Below the pieces are notes generated by a model. The model searched no databases, was not told the DNA's origin, and saw only the letters and a list, made by a program, of their open reading frames with translations. Position numbers and translations under genes: made by a program. A stretch of 64,000 nucleotides of DNA from Ignavibacteriota bacterium (GTDB taxonomy: Bacteria > Bacteroidota > Ignavibacteria > Kapaibacteriales > UBA2268): assembly GCA_024636855.1 (NCBI GenBank), contig JAGXGG010000060.1:36126-100125 (forward strand), written 5' to 3'. Within the stretch, counting starts at the first letter, position 1; each line of letters starts with the position of its first letter. Of this stretch, positions 28,465 to 39,082 are shown piece after piece.

Positions 28465-29546
28465 GAATATTAGACAGATACTTAATAAAGTCATTTATAA
28501 CTACATTGCTATTTTCCTTTGTAGCACTTTATACTATTTTTCTAATAGTAGATATGATAGAGAATTTAGAAGAATTCCTTGATAATGGAATGGGTTTTTT
28601 CAAGATTGCTGAGTATTACTTTTACTTTTTCCCTGAAATATTAAAATTATTAGTTCCTGTTGCAATGTTACTTTCTACTTTATTTACTGTAGGACGACTT
28701 TCAGGTCTGAATGAAATAACAGCTATAAAATCTGGTGGCATCAGTCTATATAGATTTATGGCTCCCTTGATGATATTGAGTATTCTCGTAAGTGGCATAC
28801 ATTTATATTTCAATGGTTGGGTTGTTCCGAAAGCTAATATTGCTAAAAATGATATCGAACGTGAGTATATGAACAAAGGTAGTAGTGTAGGTTCTATATA
28901 CGATTTATACTTTCGAGAGTCTCCGATAGCTAATCTTCATATGAAGTCATATAATAGTAACCAACAGAAAGGTTTTAGCATAGGGCTAGAATACTTTACA
29001 AATGTTGATTCACCTAGATTGAATAAAACTATAGAAGCAAACTCGATATCGTGGGATTCAGTTGCTAATAACTGGATGCTTTATGAAGTAATTATTCGAC
29101 AATTTAATTCAAAGAATATTGAATCTGTAGCTAGAAAGAATTCTATGAGAATTGAACTAACATTAACTCATGAAAAAATAATAGATTTGAAAAGATCAAC
29201 AGATGAAATGACTTTTGATGAATTAAGATCATATTTGAGTTTACTTAAAAATGGTGGTAAAAATGTTGATTTGGAAATGACTGATTACTATGGACAATAT
29301 GCTTTTCCTATTGCAAATATAATAGTAGTTCTATTTGGAGTTCCATTTGCTTCGGTCAAAAAGAAAGGTGGTATTGCTGTACAAATTGGAGCAGCTCTCG
29401 TTATATCTTTTCTTTATCTCATATTTACTAAGGTTAGTCAAGCAATAGTATTAGGAACGGGACTTAACCCAATAATTGCCGGTTGGTTCGCAAATGGCTT
29501 GTTTTTTGTTGTAGGAATTATAAACTTAATTAAAACCAGAACTTAG
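28461..29546 (+). CDS. LptF/LptG family permease (YjgP/YjgQ)
   Basis: 361 aa. N-terminus MRILDRYLIKSFITTLLFSF.. is typical. TM1-3, then a periplasmic beta-jellyroll-sized insert, then TM4-6. ATGA overlap with the upstream gene. Confidence 0.75.
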   Translation: MRILDRYLIKSFITTLLFSFVALYTIFLIVDMIENLEEFLDNGMGFFKIAEYYFYFFPEILKLLVPVAMLLSTLFTVGRLSGLNEITAIKSGGISLYRFMAPLMILSILVSGIHLYFNGWVVPKANIAKNDIEREYMNKGSSVGSIYDLYFRESPIANLHMKSYNSNQQKGFSIGLEYFTNVDSPRLNKTIEANSISWDSVANNWMLYEVIIRQFNSKNIESVARKNSMRIELTLTHEKIIDLKRSTDEMTFDELRSYLSLLKNGGKNVDLEMTDYYGQYAFPIANIIVVLFGVPFASVKKKGGIAVQIGAALVISFLYLIFTKVSQAIVLGTGLNPIIAGWFANGLFFVVGIINLIKTRT

Positions 29547-29549
29547 ATA

Positions 29550-30353
29550 ATGGAAAAGAAAATAGAAACCCTAACATCATTGGATGGTAGAAAATTTTTA
29601 AATGAATTATATCAAAAGCTGAAATATGAGAATGAGCTTTCTGGATTTATGATTCTTATTATTTGTTGGAAAGTATGTGTATTTGAAAAGAATCCCAGCA
29701 AATTTGTCAAAACTGATATTACTATATTGCATAAGCTTGGCACTTGGAAAGGTACTACGTTATGGATAGAAGAGATAGTTAATAGACATTTCTATTCTAC
29801 TATAAACTCATTTGTTTACTTTGGAGCAGCAATTCTACTAGTTCTAATTGGTGTCAGAAAGTTCTCAGATGCTATTTCTTCAGAACTTGTTATAGCCAGT
29901 ATCATATTCGAAGCTAGTATGTTATTCCTTATATTTGTTGTTATGCTTTTTTCTCCTGATGAAGATTTGATAATAGATGAAAAGGAATCCGAAGAAAGTA
30001 TTCTAATTCAAGAAATTGGTGAAATAGGTACTGATTTCGCTACTGCAGTTAGTAAATTAGAAAATGTGAGTTTGGAACTAAAGAATTTCAATAATAGTCA
30101 AGCTGAATTAATAAATAAATTAGCAGAGGCAACTAATAATATATCGAAAGCTGTATCTCCATCTGATGAATTTATTTATAATATAAAACAGACTAATGAA
30201 CAGCTTGCGAACTTGCGAACTCAGATAGAATCTCTAACTGAATCAACAAGAAATATAAGAGAAAAAGACATAAGATTTGAAATAAGAAGAGAAATAGAAA
30301 ATTTGCTAATCGATAGAGTCAGAGACAATGACACAACAGAAAAAAAGGACTAA
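29550..30353 (+). CDS. GldL/PorL-like membrane protein (putative stator-like subunit)
   Basis: 267 aa. TM hairpin FVYFGAAILLVLIGVRKF / IASIIFEASMLFLIFVVMLFSPDEDL with an intramembrane Glu, then a ~130-aa heptad-like cytoplasmic tail (..NISKAVSPSDEF..QIESLTES..). The layout and motifs resemble the recalled GldL/PorL proteins. An ~85-aa N-terminal extension is atypical. Confidence 0.45.
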   Translation: MEKKIETLTSLDGRKFLNELYQKLKYENELSGFMILIICWKVCVFEKNPSKFVKTDITILHKLGTWKGTTLWIEEIVNRHFYSTINSFVYFGAAILLVLIGVRKFSDAISSELVIASIIFEASMLFLIFVVMLFSPDEDLIIDEKESEESILIQEIGEIGTDFATAVSKLENVSLELKNFNNSQAELINKLAEATNNISKAVSPSDEFIYNIKQTNEQLANLRTQIESLTESTRNIREKDIRFEIRREIENLLIDRVRDNDTTEKKD

Positions 30354-31749
30354 AGTAGAGATTTATTTTATTCTCTATCTTGCTGCCTTGATTTTAATAT
30401 TACCCGATAGCAAGAAGAGCAATGATGAATCCGAAGTTTCAACTGACATTGTATTACGTTTAGTTCCTGAAAGAACTGTTCTTAATTTACGTTTATTAAA
30501 AAAAGATGGTAAGAATAATATCATCCGATTTGATTCAGTAAATAAAGTATTCTTTGATGGGGAATATGATAACATTGATTTCACATATACAATTAGTGAT
30601 GTTAACAGGGGTGAAACTGTTGAGATTAATGAATTAAATAACTCTAAAGAACAGTTCCAAATTTCAGAAAATTTTCAAGATAAATTTATTAGTTTCAAAT
30701 GGAATCCCGATTTTAATTTTGACTATAATTCTACTTATTTGGTTAAATTAACAGCAGTAATAGAAAGGAATGGTAAATCTAAGACATCTTCGGCACAATT
30801 TACATTGAATACATTATTCTTGAATCAAGTAATAAATCAAGATTATGCAGACAATCAAATAGATTCTGCTAATTTTGATTTTAATTATTTCAATACTCCA
30901 TTATCTATCCCTACTAACCTTTTTGAAATGGATGTAAAAGTACGTAAAAACCCAATTATAACTTTTGCCGATAATGAGTGGTCGAATTATGTTATAATAT
31001 ATAATATAGCTTCAATTGATGATTTGGTTGGTCCTCCTAAAGTAACTATTAGTGGTGATTCATTGCTAGGTGGGACTGCGAGGTTTGAATCCTCAGAAGG
31101 GAATAATTTTGTATTTTCAGGCATGTCACCAACTTACGATACAATGAAAGTTATTATAAAACTTAGAAGAAAAGCAGATGATTCTGAACTTTCGTTTGAT
31201 TTTATGGTAATTCCATCACCAAGAATTGCCCCAGATATACCAAGTGTTATGTACGTAGGTGAAAATTATAATATGAATACTCGGTTGGAAGCTAGTACAT
31301 CTCTAGATTCATACACTATTATAAAATCAGGGAATAGCTTTGAAAAGCGATATAACAATAGTCAATTCTACTTTACACCAGATGCAAGTATGTTAGAATC
31401 AAATGCAACTTTGACTCGATATGTAGAGAATAAGAGATTAGATAGTTATAATCTTATAATTAAAAGAAAACCAAAACCCGTCGTTGAATATATTGAGTTA
31501 AAAGATAATAGAATAATTATAAAAACAAAGTCTTTTAGTTTACAAAAAAATAAAAATTATGTAGAAACAATTAAAAATAGTGCTAATTTAAAGTTTAATG
31601 ATATTATAGGTAAAAGTTACTTCGATGACGGATACCAATTCCAAACCTTTGAAAGTGAAAGGATTGATAAACCTGTGAATACAATTGAAATTCAATTAAT
31701 CGAAAAGAATGGACAGTATTCTTCAAAGAAAACATTTACTCCTAGATAG
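30328..31749 (+). CDS. Single-pass inner-membrane protein with large periplasmic domain (GldM/PorM-like architecture)
   Basis: 473 aa, overlapping the upstream gene by 26 nt. Basic N-terminus plus one TM helix (MTQQKKRTKVEIYFILYLAALILIL). The remainder is predicted periplasmic and beta-rich. Similarity to GldM is architectural only. Confidence 0.35.
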   Translation: MTQQKKRTKVEIYFILYLAALILILPDSKKSNDESEVSTDIVLRLVPERTVLNLRLLKKDGKNNIIRFDSVNKVFFDGEYDNIDFTYTISDVNRGETVEINELNNSKEQFQISENFQDKFISFKWNPDFNFDYNSTYLVKLTAVIERNGKSKTSSAQFTLNTLFLNQVINQDYADNQIDSANFDFNYFNTPLSIPTNLFEMDVKVRKNPIITFADNEWSNYVIIYNIASIDDLVGPPKVTISGDSLLGGTARFESSEGNNFVFSGMSPTYDTMKVIIKLRRKADDSELSFDFMVIPSPRIAPDIPSVMYVGENYNMNTRLEASTSLDSYTIIKSGNSFEKRYNNSQFYFTPDASMLESNATLTRYVENKRLDSYNLIIKRKPKPVVEYIELKDNRIIIKTKSFSLQKNKNYVETIKNSANLKFNDIIGKSYFDDGYQFQTFESERIDKPVNTIEIQLIEKNGQYSSKKTFTPR

Positions 31750-31796
31750 CTCTGTAACTAAAATGTTAGAATTACGTAATAGCAATTAAAAATATT

Positions 31797-33137
31797 ATGG
31801 CGAGTTTGATGAAGTTTTTATTACTTTTTTTATTTCTACCACTAACACTTTTTCCTCAAATATCAGGTCCAGGTGCTACTTTAACCCTCGATGAATGCAT
31901 AAATATTGCACTAGAGAAAAACTTTGATCTACTAATAAGTAAAGAAAGAATTGATGTTGCAGAAGCGGGTTTAAGAAGTTCATTTGGAGAGTATTTACCT
32001 ACTATCTCTGCAAATATTGGTTATAGCAGACAGCTAAACAATCTTAATCAATCATTAGTATTCGGAGATAGGGTAATCCAGTCCAATCAAAACCCGAATA
32101 GATATAATGCAACAACAGGGGCTAGGTTGACTTTATTCGATGGTTTCAGTCGTGAATATAATTATTCTGCTTCTAAAGACAATTTAGAATCAGTAAAATT
32201 CAATGTAGAGCAACTTAAGAGAGATATAAAGATTCAAGTTTATCGTGCTTTTACAGAAGTGATACGAAATAGTCAAATTGTTAGAATTAGACAAGAAAAT
32301 ATACAATTGGGCAAAAATGATTTAGAAAAAATGAAAGCTCAGTATAAAGCCGGTGTATCAGCTCTCCCACAAATATATTCTCAAGAAGCAGAATTGGGTA
32401 ATTTAGAGTATGACTTATTAACTGCCGAGAATAGCCAATTTACATCAAAAGCAAATTTATTAATGATAATGGGGCTTGCTCCAGATTTAGATATAAATTT
32501 CGATATAAATAGTATTCCTGCCGATGTAACTGATAAGGAAGTTGACAGTTTCTATAACAATCACAAAGATCAGGATGATTTAGTTAAGAAAGCTCTTAAT
32601 AATAGATATGATATAAAGTCTTATGATTTAAGTGAGAATGCTGCGAAAGCAGCAAAGAAGGCTGCTGAAGGCAATTATTATCCAAATGTATCTGCTTCCT
32701 CTGGTTGGTCTTGGGCAAATACAGAGATTAATGATTTTAGTACTAGAGGAAACTTTGCTCTTGGTTTGAACCTAAGTGTTCCAATTTTTAACAATTTCAG
32801 AACAGATCAGCAAGTTCAAAATGCAGAAATGCAACATAAACAAGCAGAAATTGAAAAACAAAGATTAGAAAACCAAGTTAGAAATGAAGTGAAAACAACA
32901 TTATTAGGTTTAGAAATTTCTCAAAAACAACTGAAAGTATCTGACAAATCTTTAGAGTCGTCTAAAAGAAATAATGAAAGTACAAAAGAAAGATATAAAG
33001 TAGGTGCAGCTACGGTTTTAGAACTTCAAACTTCTAATGCTCAATTTATTAATTCTCAGCTTAATAGAGTAAATGCAGTTTACAATTATTTCAAATCTAA
33101 GAAAGAACTATTAAATTCAATTGGTGTCGAACAATAG
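31797..33137 (+). CDS. TolC family outer-membrane efflux protein
   Basis: 446 aa with a signal peptide. LTLDECINIALEKNFDL start and two repeated coiled-coil/beta halves typical of OEP/TolC. Confidence 0.85.
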   Translation: MASLMKFLLLFLFLPLTLFPQISGPGATLTLDECINIALEKNFDLLISKERIDVAEAGLRSSFGEYLPTISANIGYSRQLNNLNQSLVFGDRVIQSNQNPNRYNATTGARLTLFDGFSREYNYSASKDNLESVKFNVEQLKRDIKIQVYRAFTEVIRNSQIVRIRQENIQLGKNDLEKMKAQYKAGVSALPQIYSQEAELGNLEYDLLTAENSQFTSKANLLMIMGLAPDLDINFDINSIPADVTDKEVDSFYNNHKDQDDLVKKALNNRYDIKSYDLSENAAKAAKKAAEGNYYPNVSASSGWSWANTEINDFSTRGNFALGLNLSVPIFNNFRTDQQVQNAEMQHKQAEIEKQRLENQVRNEVKTTLLGLEISQKQLKVSDKSLESSKRNNESTKERYKVGAATVLELQTSNAQFINSQLNRVNAVYNYFKSKKELLNSIGVEQ

Positions 33138-33148
33138 GAATAACAAAT

Positions 33149-33757
33149 ATGAACGATAATTACGATCTTCAAAATGTTCCTCAAGAAGGAACTCAAGAGC
33201 ATGATGACTATATGAAAAGCCAATTTGGTGATGACTACGAATTGGGTTATCGAGTTGGGTTTGGACGTAGATTTGGTGCCTTTATAATTGATTTTATTTT
33301 TAATGCAATTATTGGGACAATTATTATGTTAACTACGGGTGTATTTAGTGAAATAATGACTATGGATAACCCCCTTAATAACATAGAAGCAATTACATTA
33401 ATTATGCAAGACTCTAGCTTAATAGCTGTAGTAATAGGGTTAGTCTATTATTCTACGGAAGTATTACTAGGTGCTTCAATTGGAAAAATGTTACTTGGTA
33501 TTAAAATAGCAAGCTCTGATAGGAGTGAAGCTAGTACATCTCAATTATTAAGTAGATATTTATTAAAGCATTCTAATTCAATATTCTCAGTATTAGGTAT
33601 ATTATTATCAATACATTTCTTTCAAGGACTATCTAGTATAGTCATCGTAATAATTGTAATTGGATTCTTTTTTACACTTGGATCTAAAAGACAAGCTATT
33701 CACGATATGGTTACTAATACCGCAGTTTACTATAAAGATAACATAAAAAATTACTAG
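33149..33757 (+). CDS. RDD family membrane protein
   Basis: 202 aa. RRFGAFIIDFIF, GASIGKMLLGIKI and QAIHDMVTNTAV match the RDD domain pattern. Confidence 0.7.
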   Translation: MNDNYDLQNVPQEGTQEHDDYMKSQFGDDYELGYRVGFGRRFGAFIIDFIFNAIIGTIIMLTTGVFSEIMTMDNPLNNIEAITLIMQDSSLIAVVIGLVYYSTEVLLGASIGKMLLGIKIASSDRSEASTSQLLSRYLLKHSNSIFSVLGILLSIHFFQGLSSIVIVIIVIGFFFTLGSKRQAIHDMVTNTAVYYKDNIKNY

Positions 33758-33765
33758 GAAATAAA

Positions 33766-35046
33766 ATGGCAAGGAAAAAATCAAAAGGAAAAATAATTTT
33801 TCTAATTATTCTAATTATTGCTGCTATTGCTGCTGTTGGATACTTTTTATCAAAAGATAAAACAGTAGATATCCCAGTAAGGACAGATAAAGTTAGCCTT
33901 AGAACTATTACACAAAAAGTAAATGCAATTGGTAATTTACATCCAGAAACTGAAGTAAAAATCTCTTCAGAAGCAAGTGGTGAAATAATTGAATTACCTG
34001 TTATGGAAGGTGATACAGTTAGAAAGGGACAATTACTAGCACGTATAAAGCCTGATTTGATCCAAACTCAATTAGAGCAATACCAAGCTGCATTAGATGC
34101 TTCCAAAACAGATATTGATTATCAAAAATCTTCATTAGAAAGAGCTGAGTATGAGTTCAGTAGAATGAGAGACCTTTATCAGAAAGAATATGTTGCTAAA
34201 CAAGATTTAGATAGAGCTAAAACTACTTTGGACCAAGCGAGAAGTCAATATCAAAACTCTCTAGCAAGATATGACCAATCAAAAGCTTCATTAAAACAAA
34301 TACAACAAAATGCTTCTAGAACTACCATATTGTCACCAATCGATGGTATAGTAACTGCATTAAATATAGAAGTTGGAGAAAAGGTTTTAGGTACAGTTCA
34401 GAATCTAGGTACAGAAATGATGCGTATCTCTGATTTATCTACTATGAATACTAAAGTAGATGTTGATGAAAACGACATAGTTCTAATTAATGTAGGTGAT
34501 ACTGCAAGCATAGAAATTGATGCTTTCCCTGATAAAATATTCAAAGGAATTGTAAAAGAAATTGGTCATTCAGCAAAATTAACTTCTCAATCTTCACAAG
34601 ACCAAGTTACTAACTTTGAAGTGAAAATCAGACTTTTGGATATTGACCCTAAAATGCGACCTGGTATGAGTTGTAATGTGGATATTGAAACTGAGACACA
34701 TAGCAATATAATTGCTGTTCCATTACAGTCAGTTACAGTAAGAGCTGATATTGGTTATTCTGAAGCTAATCAACCCAAAATAAGAAAAGTTAATTCAGAT
34801 CAAAATAAAATGAAAGATAAACCTCAATCAATTGTGTTTGTCGTGAATGGAAACAAAGTTGATGCCGTGAATGTGGAAACAGGGATCAGTGATGAAGGTT
34901 ACATAGAAATTAAAACTGGTCTGAAAAAAGATGAAGAAATAGTAACTGGAAGTTTTAGCGCCATAAGCAAGGAATTAACTGACGGAGCTAAGATTAAGAA
35001 AGAAGATAATAATATGTCTAATGGACGAAGAAGTGGTAGAAAATAA
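33766..35046 (+). CDS. Efflux transporter periplasmic adaptor subunit (HlyD/MacA family)
   Basis: 426 aa. N-terminal anchor, lipoyl-like halves flanking a long coiled-coil hairpin, then beta-barrel and MP domains. Confidence 0.85.
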   Translation: MARKKSKGKIIFLIILIIAAIAAVGYFLSKDKTVDIPVRTDKVSLRTITQKVNAIGNLHPETEVKISSEASGEIIELPVMEGDTVRKGQLLARIKPDLIQTQLEQYQAALDASKTDIDYQKSSLERAEYEFSRMRDLYQKEYVAKQDLDRAKTTLDQARSQYQNSLARYDQSKASLKQIQQNASRTTILSPIDGIVTALNIEVGEKVLGTVQNLGTEMMRISDLSTMNTKVDVDENDIVLINVGDTASIEIDAFPDKIFKGIVKEIGHSAKLTSQSSQDQVTNFEVKIRLLDIDPKMRPGMSCNVDIETETHSNIIAVPLQSVTVRADIGYSEANQPKIRKVNSDQNKMKDKPQSIVFVVNGNKVDAVNVETGISDEGYIEIKTGLKKDEEIVTGSFSAISKELTDGAKIKKEDNNMSNGRRSGRK

Positions 35047-35753
35047 TGCCTAAAACTATAATTGATATTAGAAATATTAGTAAAGTTTATAAAATGGGAA
35101 CTCAATTAGTTCATGCATTACGTGATGTCAGTGTTTCTATTGAAGAAAATGAGTACGTAGCATTAATGGGCCCATCTGGTTCTGGCAAATCTACACTTAT
35201 GAATATTTTAGGTTGTTTAGATACTCCAAGTACTGGTACTTATTTATTTAATGGAACTAATGTTAATGAACTAAATGATAACGAATTAGCAGAAATAAGA
35301 AATAGAGAAATTGGTTTTGTTTTCCAAACTTTTAATTTACTACCAAGAGCATCAGCATTAAAAAATATTGAATTACCTCTAGTTTATTCGGGTATTAAAA
35401 AATATGATCGACTAGATAGGGCAGAGGCAGCTTTAAAAAGTGTTGGATTAGAAGATAGAATGGAACATAAGCCCAATGAACTATCAGGTGGTCAAAGGCA
35501 AAGGGTTGCTATTGCTCGTGCTTTAGTTACATCGCCTTCTATAATCTTAGCTGACGAACCTACAGGAAATCTAGATACCAAAACTGGAAATGACATAATG
35601 AAGCTATTTCAAAATCTATGGGAAAAAGGTAATACAATAATTATAGTTACCCATGAGGAAGAAATTGCTTTACATGCGAAGAGAATTATAAGACTAAGAG
35701 ATGGTCTAGTAGAAACGGATGAAATTAATCAGAATCAAGTTACATTCAACTAA
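35046..35753 (+). CDS. ABC transporter ATP-binding protein (MacB/LolD-type)
   Basis: Walker [10 protein letters not shown], signature LSGGQRQR, Walker B ILADEPT, H-loop VTHE. TAATG stop-start overlap with the adaptor gene. Confidence 0.9.
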   Translation: MPKTIIDIRNISKVYKMGTQLVHALRDVSVSIEENEYVALMGPSGSGKSTLMNILGCLDTPSTGTYLFNGTNVNELNDNELAEIRNREIGFVFQTFNLLPRASALKNIELPLVYSGIKKYDRLDRAEAALKSVGLEDRMEHKPNELSGGQRQRVAIARALVTSPSIILADEPTGNLDTKTGNDIMKLFQNLWEKGNTIIIVTHEEEIALHAKRIIRLRDGLVETDEINQNQVTFN

Positions 35754-35756
35754 TTT

Positions 35757-37007
35757 ATGCTTTACGAAATAAAAGAATCAATAATACTATCGTTTGATGC
35801 TCTTAGGTCTAACAAATTAAGAGCTTTTTTAGCATCATTAGGCGTAGTAATTGGTATTTCAATAGTAATTATGATGGGATGGCTATTAGGTGGGTTAGAT
35901 AAAGCAATGCAAGATACTTTTTCTGTTATTGGTACTGACATGCTTTATGTTGACAAATGGGATTGGACTGGTGGAGACAAATGGGATAGGTTAAGAAATA
36001 GGAAAAACGTCACTATGAGTCAGGCGGAACAATTAAAAGAGTTACACGGATCAGCTGAATACGTTATTCCTAACATAAATCAATGGGCAACTACTATTGA
36101 GTTTGGAGGTGAAACTTATGCAGGAATGACTGCGGTAGGAACAACTGCTGAAAATGTTCATACCCCTGTTGGGAATTTGTTATTAGGTAGATTTTTTAAT
36201 GATTTTGAAGAAGAGTATGGATCTAATGTAATCGTAATTGGTTATTTGGTCTATGCAACAATATTCCAAGGGAAAGATCCTATAGGCAAAACTATAAAAC
36301 TAAATGGAAGACCGCTTAGAGTAATTGGGGTTGTTCAGAAAAGAGGGACTATGTTCTTTGATTTTATTGACAGGCAGATGTTCCTACCTTTAAAAAAATA
36401 TGCAGGTATATGGAGTATTGATAAGAGATCAATGTCGATTGGAATAAAAGCAGGTTTAAATAAAGACTTAGATGAGGTAAGAAATGAGACGATTGGTCTC
36501 ATGAGAATTATTAGAAATTTAAAACCAAATGAACCCAATGATTTCTCCGTAAATGAAACTAAAGCATTTGAGAAGTCTATTGCTGATATCAGATTCCAAG
36601 TATATACGGTTGGTATAGGTATGACTCTATTAGCATTTATAGTGGGTATAATTGGAATAATGAATATAATGTTCGTTACTGTAACCGAAAGAACTAAAGA
36701 AATAGGAATAAGAAAGTCACTAGGAGCTAAGAAAAGGTCTATTTGGATACAGTTTTTAGTGGAGTCATCAATTTTGTGCCTATTGGGCGCGTTTCTTTCA
36801 TTAGTAATTTGTTCAATTATAGCATATTTAGCAGCTACTTATCTCCCTACGTATTTCCCGGAAATAGGCTTTTTACTCCCAGTATTACCAACTGAATTAT
36901 TTATTATTGCAGCTATAGTTTCTGTTTTAGTTGGTCTATTAGCTGGTCTTATACCCGCAATTAGAGCTTCCAATTTAGATCCAGTTGAAGCTTTGAGGTT
37001 TGACTAA
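35757..37007 (+). CDS. ABC transporter permease (MacB-PCD + FtsX domain)
   Basis: 416 aa. TM1, a large periplasmic domain, then a C-terminal FtsX 3-TM bundle with [14 protein letters not shown]. Confidence 0.85.
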   Translation: MLYEIKESIILSFDALRSNKLRAFLASLGVVIGISIVIMMGWLLGGLDKAMQDTFSVIGTDMLYVDKWDWTGGDKWDRLRNRKNVTMSQAEQLKELHGSAEYVIPNINQWATTIEFGGETYAGMTAVGTTAENVHTPVGNLLLGRFFNDFEEEYGSNVIVIGYLVYATIFQGKDPIGKTIKLNGRPLRVIGVVQKRGTMFFDFIDRQMFLPLKKYAGIWSIDKRSMSIGIKAGLNKDLDEVRNETIGLMRIIRNLKPNEPNDFSVNETKAFEKSIADIRFQVYTVGIGMTLLAFIVGIIGIMNIMFVTVTERTKEIGIRKSLGAKKRSIWIQFLVESSILCLLGAFLSLVICSIIAYLAATYLPTYFPEIGFLLPVLPTELFIIAAIVSVLVGLLAGLIPAIRASNLDPVEALRFD

Positions 37008-38236
37008 TGAATATATCAGAAAGTATAAGAATGGCTATTGCTTCAATATTTACGCATAAATTAAGATCATTTCTTACTCTATTAAGCGTTGCTATTGGTG
37101 TATTTGCTATAATGGGATCTGGTTCATTGGTATCTTCAATTGATGAGACTGTAGAAACGGAAATGGCGAATTTAGGTGAAAATTCATTCAAAGTTACCCG
37201 TATGCCTTCCGTACAAACAGGGAGAGGTTCATGGAGAAAATATAACAAACGAGAAAAGATAGATTATAAGCAATACTCACAACTTAAGAAAAATATTGGT
37301 GAGATGGCTTATGTTAGTGTAGAGTCAAGTCAAGGCTCTATGACAGTTAAGTATTTAGAATTTCAAACAGATCCAGATGTTAATTTACAGGGTACAAATG
37401 AAGTTTATTTTAATATAAATGACAGAGATGTTCCATTAGGTAGAGCAATAACAGAAGCAGATGTGGAGTTTGATCGAAATGTAGCTGTGATTGGGAATGA
37501 TATAAGAAATAAAATATTTAAAGGTATTAATCCAATTGGTAAAGAAATCAAAATTGGGAATCAAAGATTTGAAGTTATTGGATTGCTAGATGAGAAAGGA
37601 GCTATTTTAGGTCAAAGTCAAGATAATCAAGTCATCATTCCTATTAGTAAATTTAATAAGTATTATAGCAATTGGTGGGAATCATTAGATATTAAAGTCA
37701 AAGCATTTAATAAGGAATCTTTCGTCTATGTACTAGACGAAACTATTGGCGCTCTAAGAACTTTAAGAGGTGATAAACCTTGGGAAGATAATAGCTTTGA
37801 GATAGAAACTAATGAATCTATTACAGAACAGTTTTCTGGATTAACTGGATATTTATCTTATTTTGGATTACTAGCAGGATTTTTTGCGCTAGCGGCTGCA
37901 GGAGTTGGTATTACCAATATAATGCTAGTAGCTATCAAAGAAAGAACTAGAGAAATAGGTTTACGAAAGGCACTAGGTGCTCGTCGTTTTTGGATTACAA
38001 TGCAGTTCCTAGTCGAAACTATGACAATTACACTAATTGGTGGGTTAATTGGTATAATTATGGGGTATCTAATGTCCACAATACTTGGACTCGCTTTGGG
38101 ACTAACAGTAACTATTCCAATTAATTGGATAATTATAAGTCTAACTGTGACTACATTTTTAGGGCTAATATCTGGTTTGTATCCAGCATATAAAGCAGCT
38201 GGTTTAGACCCAATCGAAGCACTAAGATATGAGTAA
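37007..38236 (+). CDS. ABC transporter permease (MacB-PCD + FtsX domain), second copy
   Basis: 409 aa with the same architecture and [19 protein letters not shown] overlap with the previous gene. Confidence 0.85.
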   Translation: MNISESIRMAIASIFTHKLRSFLTLLSVAIGVFAIMGSGSLVSSIDETVETEMANLGENSFKVTRMPSVQTGRGSWRKYNKREKIDYKQYSQLKKNIGEMAYVSVESSQGSMTVKYLEFQTDPDVNLQGTNEVYFNINDRDVPLGRAITEADVEFDRNVAVIGNDIRNKIFKGINPIGKEIKIGNQRFEVIGLLDEKGAILGQSQDNQVIIPISKFNKYYSNWWESLDIKVKAFNKESFVYVLDETIGALRTLRGDKPWEDNSFEIETNESITEQFSGLTGYLSYFGLLAGFFALAAAGVGITNIMLVAIKERTREIGLRKALGARRFWITMQFLVETMTITLIGGLIGIIMGYLMSTILGLALGLTVTIPINWIIISLTVTTFLGLISGLYPAYKAAGLDPIEALRYE

Positions 38237-39082
38237 TTAATTAGCTAAAAGCTCTTTTAATCTCTTCATATCTTCCCATACTGGTCTTTTAAGATTTGGA
38301 TTCCTTAGCAGGGCAGAAGGGTGGTAAGTAATCATTAACTTCTTACCTCTGTAATCCATAATTTTACCACGTATATCTTTCATTACACATTTTTCTTTGA
38401 GTAAAGTATCAGCTGCAGTTAAACCTAATGCTAGTATATATTTAGGATTAATCAATTCAATCTGCTTATGCAAGTACTCTTCACATGTATCAACTTCAGA
38501 TGTTGAAGGACGGCGGTTATTTGGAGGACGACATTTAAGTATATTTGCTATAAATACATCGTCTCTTGATAGTTGAATAGATTCCAGAATAGTTGTCAGT
38601 AATTTACCAGATCTTCCTACAAAAGGTTCTCCTTGTAAATCCTCATCTCTTCCTGGTGCCTCACCTATAATTAACAAATCGGCATTTGGGTCACCAGTTC
38701 CGAAGACAAATTTATTCCTAGTAGAACCCAATTCACATCTCATACAATCATGAATATTGTTATAAAGTACTTCTAATGAGTCTGAATTTTGCCAATTTTT
38801 TTCAACAGAATTTTCATCAATATTTACAATTTGTGGGGTTGCATTTTGCTCTACATTATTCGTTTTAGTTTTCTTAATATTCGTATCAGCAACTAAAGTA
38901 TTTTTTTCAATTTTAGGTTTAGTATTTGGTGATTGTTTCTTTGCCATATTTTCTCTTACAATGTCCTTATCTATTTTAAAATCAATACCATCATCTTCGA
39001 AAAATATATTATTTCCATATATTTTTTGACTTTCCAAATAATTCAATATATCTGTTTTAAGATTACTCAACGTCCAAATCAC
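38237..39082 (-). CDS. Uracil-DNA glycosylase, family 4, with ~100-aa N-terminal extension
   Basis: GEAPGRDEDLQGEPFVGRSG, NILKCRPPNNR and HPSALL motifs with Cys ligands (CMRCELG). The N-terminal ~100 aa are low-complexity and not part of the UDG fold. Confidence 0.8.
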   Translation of the reverse strand: MIWTLSNLKTDILNYLESQKIYGNNIFFEDDGIDFKIDKDIVRENMAKKQSPNTKPKIEKNTLVADTNIKKTKTNNVEQNATPQIVNIDENSVEKNWQNSDSLEVLYNNIHDCMRCELGSTRNKFVFGTGDPNADLLIIGEAPGRDEDLQGEPFVGRSGKLLTTILESIQLSRDDVFIANILKCRPPNNRRPSTSEVDTCEEYLHKQIELINPKYILALGLTAADTLLKEKCVMKDIRGKIMDYRGKKLMITYHPSALLRNPNLKRPVWEDMKRLKELLAN

